Origin: a virus
DNA length: 64,000 bases
Direction: 5' to 3' (one strand)
Virus record (IMG/VR): IMGVR_UViG_3300045988_126112
Coordinates: 64,001 to 128,000 of that record
Shown here: one piece after another, positions 18,557 to 27,556 of the stretch
Numbering within the stretch: position 1 is the first letter of the stretch
Layout: each line of letters starts with the position of its first letter
Notes under the pieces: model-generated
Database searches by the model: none
What the model was told of the DNA's origin: nothing
Seen by the model: only the letters and a program-made list of their open reading frames with translations
Made by a program: the position numbers and the translations under genes

Positions 18557-18695
18557 ATACATAGTTCTTATTGCTTGATGGAAGATTATATTATACATTA
18601 TTAATTATTAATCTTCCTCCCATCCCATAGTTTGGTTATCATCCATGATATCACCTCCCCTCGTTGTTAATATACATTGAAGGAACTATGTATTA
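18557..18695. repeat. 12-bp inverted repeat enclosing about 115 nt, with an internal 9-bp hairpin
   Basis: aatacatagttc (18557-18568) pairs with gaactatgtatt (18684-18695). Inner stem: ggaagatta (18581-18589) with taatcttcc (18610-18618). Confidence 0.8.
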
Positions 18696-18702
18696 CATAA
18701 TT

Positions 18703-18713
18703 ATAATATATAA
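18703..18713 (-). promoter_or_regulatory. Class I box with no annotated gene downstream (orphan)
   Basis: Minus strand reads ttcaatTATATATTATAattaTG. The flank is identical to the copy at 29450 (ttcaatTATATATTATAat). Confidence 0.5.
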
Positions 18714-18729
18714 TTGAAAGAATTAAGTT

Positions 18730-20436
18730 TTACAATTTACCTAATTTAACATCTTTAGTTATATTATTTCCAGGTATATGAATAGTTAAACTATATAAAG
18801 CTTGTATACATTCGTGACTAGGATTTCTTGCATTCTTTCCACCTAAGTTAATATAGTTTTTCTTTGAATTAGCAAATTTTTCTAATTCAGCATTTGCTTC
18901 TTTTGTAAATGCTACTTTAGCTGTAACTTGGTCACCATCATAGTCACCACCTATTGCTTCAAGATATAGATTGGATAGATTTAAAGTATCCATAAATTTA
19001 TTACTAGTATCCTTACCTATATCTTCTTCTCTTATCTTAGGATAATATTTATAAAATGTATTATTTACATACATTGGTTCTGTTTCTTTAGTTGATGATA
19101 CTCTTATTTTTGTAGTAAACTGATTAAAGTAACTATCCATAGGATATCTAGTTATTATTACATTTTTATCTTTAGAAACTTCTTCACAAGCCATAAATAT
19201 TAAATCACACCAAGTTAATCTTCTTCTAAATAATGGTGTAACATCTCCACTATCTTTATTTTTTAAAGCTTCATATTCATCTACAGAATAACCATTAAAT
19301 CTCATCCATACAGTTCTTTTTTCATCTTCTAAAGGAACTTGTATAGGTATAAATCTATTAGAGAATCCCTTCATAAATCTTTCAATTTCTTCTTTTATTC
19401 TTGTATCAGAAAATGCTATTAGAGGGTCTTTTACTTTTAAATATTCAATTTCACCTTTTTTATTTCTTACTGGATAATCTTTTGTACTAAATTCATTTTC
19501 AAAAAATCTTCTTATCCAGAATATAATAAATGGGAATAAGTTTGAGCATAAAGATGATAAAGGTATACATGTATAATCTAGAGTAGTTTTCATATCATCT
19601 AGGCTTTCTACTTTTAATTCTGGTGCAGATAATACAAGTCTAGTACCATAATCTGTAGTTTTAGATAATACTGATTGTCTAATTATACCATATTTTCCTG
19701 ATAATCCTTTACCAGCTTCTTTATCTTTAGAAGTTCCTGTGAACCATTGATATAGTTTAACTATAGTATTTTGTATTCTACCTCTAACAGCATTAGACAT
19801 ATTTAATCCATAATCTGCTGTTTCTTTTAAACTTCTTACTCCTAAGATAAGTTGATTATAAATTTTATTTATTTCACCTACTGTAACATATCCACCAGTA
19901 TTATTTACATCTCTATAATATGCTGGAATAACAAGCATTTGTTTTATAAACATTTTATCCCTAGTTTCTTCTAAGAATTTTATTTTAGTTTCCCTCTTAG
20001 ATGATTCTGTATGTTTAAATTTAATTTTATCAATATTAGCTTTAAGCCATTTAATACCATTATCTCCATTATCATCTTGAACAAATTGTCCGTCTTTATC
20101 TATTATAAATGTATCTGTACCATTTACAACTTCAGATAATTTTCTATCCATACTATTCCATATAATATAATATAATGGATGAATAAAGTATTCACTAAGA
20201 TCTATATAAGCAAATATATTAGCTCTCTGATCTTTAGTAATACCAAAAATTTCATTAGATAAAAGACCATCACTAGTTGGTATATTATCTCTAACAAAAA
20301 ATATTGGATTTGTAATCTCTCTAAGCTTATTCTTCTTTATAAGCTTATCTACATCTAATAAATCAAAATGAGCATGTCTTTCAGCAGCTTCATTTAATGA
20401 TTCTATAGCGTGTCTTTCTAATTCTTCATAATTCAT
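18730..20436 (-). CDS. Multisubunit RNA polymerase beta-prime subunit, N-terminal half (split gene product, 568 aa)
   Basis: Ordered beta-prime landmarks: LLSNEIFG; VIPAYYRDV (compare VIPPxxRP); IIRQSVLSKTTDYGTRLVLSAPEL (compare RxxGKRVDYSGRSVIV); ITRYPMDSYFNQF (compare NRAPTLHRLGIQAF); and the catalytic loop GGDYDGDQVTAKV (compare NADFDGDQM), encoded at about 18928-18951. The ORF stops about 65 aa after the Asp triad. Confidence 0.85.
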   Translation of the reverse strand: MNYEELERHAIESLNEAAERHAHFDLLDVDKLIKKNKLREITNPIFFVRDNIPTSDGLLSNEIFGITKDQRANIFAYIDLSEYFIHPLYYIIWNSMDRKLSEVVNGTDTFIIDKDGQFVQDDNGDNGIKWLKANIDKIKFKHTESSKRETKIKFLEETRDKMFIKQMLVIPAYYRDVNNTGGYVTVGEINKIYNQLILGVRSLKETADYGLNMSNAVRGRIQNTIVKLYQWFTGTSKDKEAGKGLSGKYGIIRQSVLSKTTDYGTRLVLSAPELKVESLDDMKTTLDYTCIPLSSLCSNLFPFIIFWIRRFFENEFSTKDYPVRNKKGEIEYLKVKDPLIAFSDTRIKEEIERFMKGFSNRFIPIQVPLEDEKRTVWMRFNGYSVDEYEALKNKDSGDVTPLFRRRLTWCDLIFMACEEVSKDKNVIITRYPMDSYFNQFTTKIRVSSTKETEPMYVNNTFYKYYPKIREEDIGKDTSNKFMDTLNLSNLYLEAIGGDYDGDQVTAKVAFTKEANAELEKFANSKKNYINLGGKNARNPSHECIQALYSLTIHIPGNNITKDVKLGKL

Positions 20437-20451
20437 ATTTATTAACTCCTT

Positions 20452-20490
20452 TCAAAAAAAAATTAGAGTTTCTGGTTACCCAGAAACTCT
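20452..20490 (-). terminator. Rho-independent terminator (minus strand), between the 104-aa gene and the RNAP gene
   Basis: agagtttctgg/ccagaaactct 11-bp stem. The minus strand continues aatttttttt. Confidence 0.75.
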
Positions 20491-20790
20491 TTGTTTATAT
20501 AAAATAATATTCAATTTATCCTCACTAATATTACATATTTTAGCTTTAAATCTATAGCTATATTTATCTATTACTGTAGTTTCAATTATATTCTTTATAT
20601 CATTTATAGATATATTTGGAGATGTGATTGATATATTAAATAATATTTTATTGTCGTCTATTATATCATAGCTATCTACTTTAAGCATATCGTATGGAGA
20701 TATCAAATCGTAGATAATCATGAATTCGTCAAATGAGGAATTTATATGTTCCCCACATTTTAACGAATTTGTAAACTCTAATCTATCCAC
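20476..20790 (-). CDS. Hypothetical protein (104 aa), GTG start
   Basis: ORF track. The GTG start overlaps the stop of the small upstream ORF (TAGTG). Minus-strand terminator at 20452-20490. Confidence 0.6.
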   Translation of the reverse strand: MDRLEFTNSLKCGEHINSSFDEFMIIYDLISPYDMLKVDSYDIIDDNKILFNISITSPNISINDIKNIIETTVIDKYSYRFKAKICNISEDKLNIILYKQRVSG

Positions 20791-20921
20791 TAAATATCAA
20801 TCCCTTCTTCTATTTGATCTTTTAATTCTTCAGCAGCAGCTTTTTCGACTCCTTCTTTAGTCATTAATCTATTTCGTAATTCTATATATAATGTATGAAA
20901 TATTCTGTTTCCCATATTCAT
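20790..20921 (-). CDS. Possible small protein (43 aa)
   Basis: My own translation: MNMGNRIFHTLYIELRNRLMTKEGVEKAAAEELKDQIEEGIDI. It fills the 187-bp gap between two minus-strand genes, and its TAG overlaps the next GTG start. No clear SD, and the frame stays open further upstream, so the start is uncertain. Confidence 0.3.
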   Translation of the reverse strand: MNMGNRIFHTLYIELRNRLMTKEGVEKAAAEELKDQIEEGIDI

Positions 20922-20977
20922 AGCTTCAGTATATGAAGTCTTACCTTTAGAATTATCTACGAAGTTTTGTAATTTAA

Positions 20978-22636
20978 TTACATAGTCGTGATACGTGCTA
21001 ACTGATGACGTGTAAAAACCAAATCTTGAGCAGAGATTTTTGTTTCTGGTATAGTTTTACCACATCTTGGACAAACTGTTTCTGGTAATACATAATCTAC
21101 ATTAACTTCACGTTCGTCAACTATTTCGCTTATCTTAGCTTGAACTTTACTTAATTCATCAGCTGATAAAGATTTTAATACTTTAGCATATCTTTTTATT
21201 TTATACATTAATTCTTTAGTTATATTATCATCATGTTTAGTAAGATTTATAGGAATTAATGACATAGTTTGTCTATCTATTACATATATAGCATCTATGT
21301 AACAAATATAAGTTATTAATTCAGCGTTTTCTTCAGTAAAATCATCTGGTAATAGAGCTAATTCAAAATACATATTATATATAGAAGGATCTTTGAAATC
21401 CATTACATATTCATCTGTAATTTGTTCTCTATAAGTTTTAAGTTTTTCTGGTGCTCTTAAAGCTTTTCCTACTATTTCTTCAGCTTTCTTTTCATCTTCT
21501 GGAGTTTCAAATTTAATCATTTGATATAATGGAGTTTCATCACTTACGAATACTTCTCCACATTCTTGACAGTTGTATGGTATATAATTTGCTCCACCAT
21601 AACTAGCTCTATATATAGCCATGTATATATGGTCTATATCTCTAACAGATATTTGTTTTAGCCATTCTGTAAACTCAGGTTTTCCTTCAGTTCTATCATG
21701 GTTGTATATAAGTTTATATATTTCTCTATTTCTGTTATATCTAGTTAGATTATCATTACCTAATAAAGTTGTTATTTCTTGTCCTTTAAATTCTTCCATT
21801 ATTATTGGAGTACCAGTATTAAATAATCCCCAATTAGAAGTGTAAGGTAGTTCTTCTGTATTAACTACTTTTATAGCATTTTTGACACTAACTGTTTTTT
21901 CAGCTACTGTAAATTGAGATAAATCTATTACTTTACTTTCATCTATTACTTTTATTTTTTGTTGAGCAGATTTTTTAAGTCTTTCTGTCCATTCTTCTTC
22001 TGTAAGATTAAGTTTTTCTAGTTTGTCAGAATCTTCTTTTGATTCTTCAGCAGCAACTTCTTCATCATCGTCGTCATCATCGTCATCTAAATCATTAATT
22101 ATATCCATTAATGATTTTTTAGGTAATTCAGGAGTAACTTCAGTTATTGCTTCGTCATCATCATCTTCATCGTCCTCATCTAAATTTACTTCGTCTATAG
22201 TTTTTTCTCCAGCTAATAAAGCATCAACATCTTCATCTTCTTCTTTTTCTTCTTGAATTTCTTCTTGTTTTTGTTGCATAAAATCATTTTCTCTTTTAAG
22301 TCTTCCTAAAGTACTATTTATATCAAACATTGCACTATCAAAGACTTCACTTGTACTATTAGGTGCTTCATCACCTCTATAAACAGCTTTCATATGTTCA
22401 TCATGTGCAGCTTTATCTTCAGCTTCTTGTTGAGCTTTTATTTCAGCCATTCTAGCTTTATCTTCAGCTATTTTCTTAGCTTTATAAGCTTCAGCATTTA
22501 ATCTAGCTCTAGTAGCAGCATCCATTGGATGTTCTTGAACTGTTTCTGTAGATACAGTTTCTTCTTGTACTTCTGGCTCTGGTTGTATTGTACCTTCTGA
22601 TAAATCACTTAACCCTATTGTTTTATTTTCTTCCAT
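20978..22636 (-). CDS. Hypothetical protein (552 aa): acidic/coiled N-terminal half, C-terminal half with two CxxC pairs
   Basis: ORF track; AGGAGG upstream. Poly-D/E runs (DLDDDDDDDDEE). Possible zinc ribbon from YNCQECGEVF plus CPRCGKTIPE. Confidence 0.7.
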   Translation of the reverse strand: MEENKTIGLSDLSEGTIQPEPEVQEETVSTETVQEHPMDAATRARLNAEAYKAKKIAEDKARMAEIKAQQEAEDKAAHDEHMKAVYRGDEAPNSTSEVFDSAMFDINSTLGRLKRENDFMQQKQEEIQEEKEEDEDVDALLAGEKTIDEVNLDEDDEDDDDEAITEVTPELPKKSLMDIINDLDDDDDDDDEEVAAEESKEDSDKLEKLNLTEEEWTERLKKSAQQKIKVIDESKVIDLSQFTVAEKTVSVKNAIKVVNTEELPYTSNWGLFNTGTPIIMEEFKGQEITTLLGNDNLTRYNRNREIYKLIYNHDRTEGKPEFTEWLKQISVRDIDHIYMAIYRASYGGANYIPYNCQECGEVFVSDETPLYQMIKFETPEDEKKAEEIVGKALRAPEKLKTYREQITDEYVMDFKDPSIYNMYFELALLPDDFTEENAELITYICYIDAIYVIDRQTMSLIPINLTKHDDNITKELMYKIKRYAKVLKSLSADELSKVQAKISEIVDEREVNVDYVLPETVCPRCGKTIPETKISAQDLVFTRHQLARITTM

Positions 22637-22649
22637 AATTTTATTCCTC

Positions 22650-22988
22650 CTATAATTCTGATAATTTTATATCATCATCTTTAGTTGTTTCCATTCTAAA
22701 GATAACGTTATTTACTTCTATTGTAATAGATAGTTCGTTGTTACTTTTCTTAACAACGTCGATATTATTTATACTATACTCTGGTAGATATGTTTCTATT
22801 TGATCTTGTATAGCTTGTTTAATTGGTAATACATCATCCATTTCTCTAAATCTCCAGTTTTTTACTAATCCTACTCCCATTAATGGATGATTTGGATAAG
22901 TTCCTGGATTTAATAATATTAATCTCTTAATTAATACAAATATAGCTTCACCACCTGAGAATTCTTTGGGTTCTTTAAAGTTATTCAC
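22650..22988 (-). CDS. Baseplate wedge protein, T4 gp25 / GPW family (112 aa)
   Basis: IKRLILLNPGTYPNHPLMGVGLVKNWRF matches the gp25 signature (LLGIITTRKGSRPFDPEFGCDLSDQLF). IQDQIETYLPEYSINNIDVV...LSITIEVNNV matches ESAVRNYEPRIDKLAVNV...LIVEIRFSV. The GTG start directly abuts AGGAG, so the exact start is uncertain. Confidence 0.65.
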   Translation of the reverse strand: MNNFKEPKEFSGGEAIFVLIKRLILLNPGTYPNHPLMGVGLVKNWRFREMDDVLPIKQAIQDQIETYLPEYSINNIDVVKKSNNELSITIEVNNVIFRMETTKDDDIKLSEL

Positions 22989-23119
22989 TCCTAAAGAGTA
23001 TTCAATTCTATTACTAATTATAATTACCCCCTTTTCTCTATAGATTACTAATTAGTTTAATAAAATATTATTTAACTTAACACATTTAAGTAAATTTAAA
23101 AAAATAGGAGGCTAATAAT

Positions 23120-23686
23120 ATGAAATATGTAGACTTAGATAAAGGTATAATATTAAACGAAATTGAAAGAGGTAACTTTAACGAATATCCATATGGGAGT
23201 AAATTAGTTGAATCTAAAACTGATGGTTTTAGAATAGAACCACTTAATTTAACTCCAATAGACGATCAACTTGCTGTACCTATAGCTATATTAAATCTAA
23301 AAGGATATAAAACTGACCAATGTTGTGCAGGTCATCTTGATGAAGGAGTAGCTTGGTCTTATATAAGATTTGTTGAACCAATATTTAGAGAACAACAATT
23401 TTGTTGTCCTAAAGGCAAAAATATAAAAGATAATGTATTAATGTCTATAGATGATGATTTTAAAACTATAAGAATTGCAGAGTGTAATAATAATACATCA
23501 AGACTACCTAAAATACAAAAGATGATTGATGATTTTTGTCAGACTATATTGAAATGGGCTTTAGATCTTCCATATAAACCAAAAGAAGTAAAAATTGAAG
23601 ATATGGGAGTTATAGCAACTGATGATATACCTAGAATGGGAACATTTATAGATGAAAATACTATGTTGTTAGGAGATAGGAAATAA
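23120..23686 (+). CDS. Hypothetical protein (188 aa)
   Basis: ORF track; AGGAGG upstream. Confidence 0.65.
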   Translation: MKYVDLDKGIILNEIERGNFNEYPYGSKLVESKTDGFRIEPLNLTPIDDQLAVPIAILNLKGYKTDQCCAGHLDEGVAWSYIRFVEPIFREQQFCCPKGKNIKDNVLMSIDDDFKTIRIAECNNNTSRLPKIQKMIDDFCQTILKWALDLPYKPKEVKIEDMGVIATDDIPRMGTFIDENTMLLGDRK

Positions 23687-23976
23687 TGGAACTATATGAA
23701 ATAATACAAGAAAAATTAGATAGTGCTGAAATACATCCACATAGCGTTCAATCTGTAGCAGAATTAGAAGATAAACTACTTAAGTTTAAGTCTGAATTAA
23801 TACAAGAGATTACTGTTAGAACTGGATGTGAATACAAAGATTTAAAATTAGTAATAGACCGTAAAGAAGAAGACAATCTTACTAGATATAGAATTACTTT
23901 ATATTTACTTAGTAAGAAATTACAAAAGATATATAAAGGTCAAAATGGAGCAACTATAGAATTTGCAGTCGGCTAA
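23686..23976 (+). CDS. Hypothetical protein (96 aa)
   Basis: ORF track; TAATG stop/start overlap with the preceding gene. Confidence 0.6.
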   Translation: MELYEIIQEKLDSAEIHPHSVQSVAELEDKLLKFKSELIQEITVRTGCEYKDLKLVIDRKEEDNLTRYRITLYLLSKKLQKIYKGQNGATIEFAVG

Positions 23977-23989
23977 AAAGTATTTTAGT

Positions 23990-24000
23990 TATATATTATA
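23990..24000 (+). promoter_or_regulatory. Class I box
   Basis: agtTATATATTATAgataTG. 72 nt upstream of 24072. Confidence 0.55.
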
Positions 24001-24071
24001 GATATGAATAAGAGGTGCATTCAATCCTCTACTTCATTTAATATTATATAAAATTTCAAGGAGGTAAGTTT

Positions 24072-24557
24072 ATGTTAAACTTATATTGTGTAAACGTTTT
24101 CAAAGGGGAAATATTAGAAGGACAAAAATTTATAGTAGCAGATACAGCAGTAGAAGCTAAAGAAAAAGCAAGAGATAATGTAGAAAGATGTCAAGAATTT
24201 GATTATGTTCCTGTAAGAATTATAGCTAATACTGGAAAAGTATTTCCAGTTAAAAAAGATGAAGTAATGGATGAATTCAAAAATCCAACTTACGGAGATA
24301 ATTCTATAATTATAGATGAATACAATATATCTATAATAGAATTCCAAGATGAAAATGACTGCGAAGGACTAGAATTAACTTATGATATAGTAAAATCAAA
24401 TGAATTTTCATTAGTTATGCGTGATGGACATGATTTATTCAATTCATTAGTAGAAGATGGAACTATTGATAGAAACTCTACTAAAGAATATAGCATAATA
24501 GCTACAAATAAAAGAACTGAAGAAGTTCAAAGAGTTTATATTAAAATCAATAAATAA
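24072..24557 (+). CDS. Hypothetical early protein (161 aa), distant paralogue of 25464..25943
   Basis: ORF track; AAGGAGG upstream; class I box at 23990-24000. Shares the N-terminal pattern NLY...EG-I-EGQ..IV-A....EA with 25464..25943. Confidence 0.65.
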   Translation: MLNLYCVNVFKGEILEGQKFIVADTAVEAKEKARDNVERCQEFDYVPVRIIANTGKVFPVKKDEVMDEFKNPTYGDNSIIIDEYNISIIEFQDENDCEGLELTYDIVKSNEFSLVMRDGHDLFNSLVEDGTIDRNSTKEYSIIATNKRTEEVQRVYIKINK

Positions 24558-24585
24558 AGTTGAAAGATAATATAAATTAGTTACG

Positions 24586-24620
24586 ATAGCTAGGATTCGT
24601 CCTAGCTATTTTTATTTTTA
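24586..24620 (+). terminator. Rho-independent terminator
   Basis: atagctagga/tcctagctat stem followed by tttttattttt. Confidence 0.8.
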
Positions 24621-24643
24621 TATATTTAATGAGGGTGAATAGA

Positions 24644-25183
24644 ATGGATGGAAAGATATCTATATATAGTAATGAAGAACAAATAAACAAAATTAAAGAA
24701 AAATTAGAAATTTCAACAGATGCTGATTACATTTATGTAGTCAGTCAGACTGAATATCCATTAGAAATGGATGAAAAAGGAATACAAAAAACAGTTATGA
24801 AATGTAATGAATTTCTAACTGTAGTTGAATATATCTTTAAAAGAAATTACATATATGTAATTTTATTAAAAGAAAACGAATATGATTATGAAGAAAACGA
24901 ATTACCTATTATTGAATCAAATGATAAATACTATGCAGGATATGAAATAGGTACTTATAGATATAATGCTCCTATGAGCTGTTATTATGATAAATATCAA
25001 AATGAAATAGGCTTTAAAGCTATATTAAGAGATTTAAATTTATTAAACAATAAAGGTTGGTTAGTACATTCTGTAGAAGAATATATTGATTACGACATTA
25101 TATTATTTAAAAGTATTAAGAAAAGTAATTTTTATAATAAAATGTATATATTATTTAAAACAAAGGAGGATATCAATGAATGA
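24644..25183 (+). CDS. Hypothetical protein (179 aa)
   Basis: The track ORF begins at 24629. The ATG at 24644 (MDGKISIY) is better spaced from GAGGGTG. Confidence 0.6.
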   Translation: MDGKISIYSNEEQINKIKEKLEISTDADYIYVVSQTEYPLEMDEKGIQKTVMKCNEFLTVVEYIFKRNYIYVILLKENEYDYEENELPIIESNDKYYAGYEIGTYRYNAPMSCYYDKYQNEIGFKAILRDLNLLNNKGWLVHSVEEYIDYDIILFKSIKKSNFYNKMYILFKTKEDINE

Positions 25184-25442
25184 TTTTGATGAAGCAAGTT
25201 TAAGTGTAGAAGAAATGCTTAAAGATATTGAAAAAGAAAAAAAGATAAATAAAATAGAAAGAATAGAAGCATTAATAGTTAGACATATAAGAGCACATAT
25301 CATTATAGATTTAAAAGAAAATTTCTATAATGTGCATATTAAAAGAAGTGATAGATTGTCTTATGATGATATAGCCAAAAAATGGAATGTATCAACAAAA
25401 TATGTAAAAAATATAGCCGAAGAAACAGGCTATACAATATAA
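25176..25442 (+). CDS. Small protein with C-terminal helix-turn-helix-like segment (88 aa)
   Basis: The track ORF begins at 25086, inside the previous gene. The ATG at 25176 follows AAAGGAGGA by 6 nt. LSYDDIAKKWNVSTKYVKNIAEE resembles a sigma region 4 / HTH motif. Confidence 0.45.
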   Translation: MNDFDEASLSVEEMLKDIEKEKKINKIERIEALIVRHIRAHIIIDLKENFYNVHIKRSDRLSYDDIAKKWNVSTKYVKNIAEETGYTI

Positions 25443-25463
25443 TAAATTTAAGGAGGTATAGAT

Positions 25464-25943
25464 ATGAATCTATATATATTATTAATAGAAAGAGAAGGAA
25501 TAGTAGAAGGACAATTAATAGTTTCAGCTAAAAGTATTACAGAAGCAGTTAATATAGGATATGCTGAATTAGGAGACAGTACTATATACGAAAATGTACA
25601 CCTATATGCATATAAAATATTAGTAAACGATTCTAAAATATATCCAGTAACTATGGCTGGATTAAAAACTTTAAGTAATAGAACAGAAGAGGAACAAGTT
25701 ACTAATGAATATGAAATAAAAATATTTAAATACAATAAAAACAAAACTATGAAATTAGTATTTAAAGATATTATGCTTTCAGATAATGTAAATCTTGTTT
25801 TAAAAGAAGCGAAACATAGAGCTATAAGTATGATAGGCAGCGTTTTTGAACAACACGAAACTGTAAATATATCAGTTCGTAATACAAAAACAAATGAAGA
25901 TATAAATGGAAATTATTTAATTCATAAAGGAGATGAAGAATAA
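25464..25943 (+). CDS. Hypothetical protein (159 aa), distant paralogue of 24072..24557
   Basis: ORF track; AAGGAGG upstream. Confidence 0.65.
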   Translation: MNLYILLIEREGIVEGQLIVSAKSITEAVNIGYAELGDSTIYENVHLYAYKILVNDSKIYPVTMAGLKTLSNRTEEEQVTNEYEIKIFKYNKNKTMKLVFKDIMLSDNVNLVLKEAKHRAISMIGSVFEQHETVNISVRNTKTNEDINGNYLIHKGDEE

Positions 25944-26215
25944 TGAAAAAATTTGTAGTAATAGGAAATGAAGAAGAAATAGTTAAAGCTAAAGAGGCTC
26001 TTGCCTCTTTAGATGTAGAAATTAATGATTCTTTACAACAAGAATGGTTAATGGGTGAAATAAATACAGCAGCTTTAAATAATGATATAGTTCTCGATAG
26101 AGAACAACAAAGACATTGGGCTGATAGATTTAATAATGAAGGAGATGGTTGGGATGAATTCTTTGGACACATGGAAGACTTCCTATTAATCAGACATAAT
26201 AAAGATAATGATTAA
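25943..26215 (+). CDS. Hypothetical protein (90 aa)
   Basis: ORF track; TAATG overlap with the previous gene; terminator at 26233-26268. Confidence 0.6.
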   Translation: MKKFVVIGNEEEIVKAKEALASLDVEINDSLQQEWLMGEINTAALNNDIVLDREQQRHWADRFNNEGDGWDEFFGHMEDFLLIRHNKDND

Positions 26216-26232
26216 AATTAATTTGTAATCTT

Positions 26233-26268
26233 ATAGTGGTGGTTGGTTAATTCCAACCACTATTTTTA
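26233..26268 (+). terminator. Rho-independent terminator
   Basis: atagtgg(tgg)ttgg/ccaaccactat bulged stem followed by ttttt. Confidence 0.65.
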
Positions 26269-26290
26269 TATATTTAAAGGAGGCTTAATT

Positions 26291-26944
26291 ATGAGTATAA
26301 TAATTGATAAAAATACAGAAACAATTGGTTTTAGACCTATACCAGATACACATGAATTATGTAGAATTCATAGCAAAGAATTTGAAGAATTCATAAAAGC
26401 TAATAAATATTTTATCAATGCTTTTGATGAAATATATAGTGATAGAAATTCAGATGATATTAATATAGATAATATGGCACATCCTGTAATAAATACTTAC
26501 TTTAAAAGAAAACCAAAGAAACAATCTTTAGTTTTTCCTATAAGACAATATGATTTCGATAGTTATATATTAGAAACAAATATAATATGCAAACGCACAC
26601 CATTATCTATAGTGAAAGAAATAAAAGATAAGAAAGAATATTTAATAGATATGAAAAACTTAGGTGAATTAAAACATATTGTAATAGATAATAGATATGA
26701 TATTTATTATAAAAATTATATACGTAGAAGAATAGATGATGTATATGGTTTTTGGGATATAATAGATACAATAACTAATAGATATGGCAATAGACTTGTA
26801 ATATTGAAAGATAGAAAAAGTAATAAGGAAAAACGTTTTATGTTTAATTATTTTACATTAGGAGGATATCCAAATTTAATATATCCAGATAAAATAGAAA
26901 TAGATGATTTGGAAATATGCAAAAAAGCATTTGAAAGAATATAA
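26291..26944 (+). CDS. Hypothetical protein (217 aa)
   Basis: The track ORF starts at 26243, inside the terminator. The ATG at 26291 (MSIIIDK) follows AAAGGAGG. Confidence 0.65.
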   Translation: MSIIIDKNTETIGFRPIPDTHELCRIHSKEFEEFIKANKYFINAFDEIYSDRNSDDINIDNMAHPVINTYFKRKPKKQSLVFPIRQYDFDSYILETNIICKRTPLSIVKEIKDKKEYLIDMKNLGELKHIVIDNRYDIYYKNYIRRRIDDVYGFWDIIDTITNRYGNRLVILKDRKSNKEKRFMFNYFTLGGYPNLIYPDKIEIDDLEICKKAFERI

Positions 26945-26956
26945 GGAGGTAATATT

Positions 26957-27292
26957 ATGTATTTAATTGATATGCGAACTAAAAGAGTATATGAATTATA
27001 TGATGATCCAGAAGCAGATTATATAAGAAATGACTTTGAAAACGATTGCGACGCAGGATTATTATATGGAGAAGAACCTGTAGAATGTATGATAGAAAGT
27101 TATTCTCAATACTGGTTAGATTATTTGCATGGTGTAATTAAATGGGATATTACATCTTTAAAAATGGAAGATGAATTAAAATGGTTAAGATGTGCAATGT
27201 GCAAATATTTTAAAGAACACGATGTGGATATACAAAGTGTTAAATATAATAATTGCAGTTCACATGTAAAATACACTCAAGGAATATATTAG
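26957..27292 (+). CDS. Hypothetical protein (111 aa)
   Basis: ORF track; AAGGAGG upstream. Confidence 0.65.
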   Translation: MYLIDMRTKRVYELYDDPEADYIRNDFENDCDAGLLYGEEPVECMIESYSQYWLDYLHGVIKWDITSLKMEDELKWLRCAMCKYFKEHDVDIQSVKYNNCSSHVKYTQGIY

Positions 27293-27303
27293 GAGGTAAT
27301 AGT

Positions 27304-27555
27304 ATGAATGATTTTAAAGCTGTTGAAGTTGGTAATAATGATTTATATGCTATTTTAACGAAATTGCCAGATGGAGCATTACATACAGATGATGTAATGC
27401 ATCGCATATTTGGAAAAGCAGAATCTCAAAATGATTTAGTTCAACAAAGATTGGAATTCTATACTAATGCTATATTTGGTTCTATGCTTTCACATACACT
27501 ATATATAGATAAAAAATTTATAGAAGAATCTAAAGAAAAATTAGGGGGTAAATAA
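27304..27555 (+). CDS. Hypothetical protein (83 aa)
   Basis: The track ORF starts at 27253. The ATG at 27304 (MNDFKAVEV) follows AGGAGG by 8 nt. Confidence 0.6.
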   Translation: MNDFKAVEVGNNDLYAILTKLPDGALHTDDVMHRIFGKAESQNDLVQQRLEFYTNAIFGSMLSHTLYIDKKFIEESKEKLGGK

Positions 27556-27556
27556 T

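Noticed and set aside
18609-18647. 12-codon ORF (MDDNQTMGWEED) with a perfect GGAGGTGAT SD, considered as a bona fide protein gene.
   Set aside because: It is too short to call as a CDS from sequence alone. I kept it as part of the structured-RNA finding rather than listing it as a feature.
22023-22256. Plus-strand poly-Ser ORF.
   Set aside because: It is the antisense reading of the poly-Asp/Glu stretch of 20978..22636.
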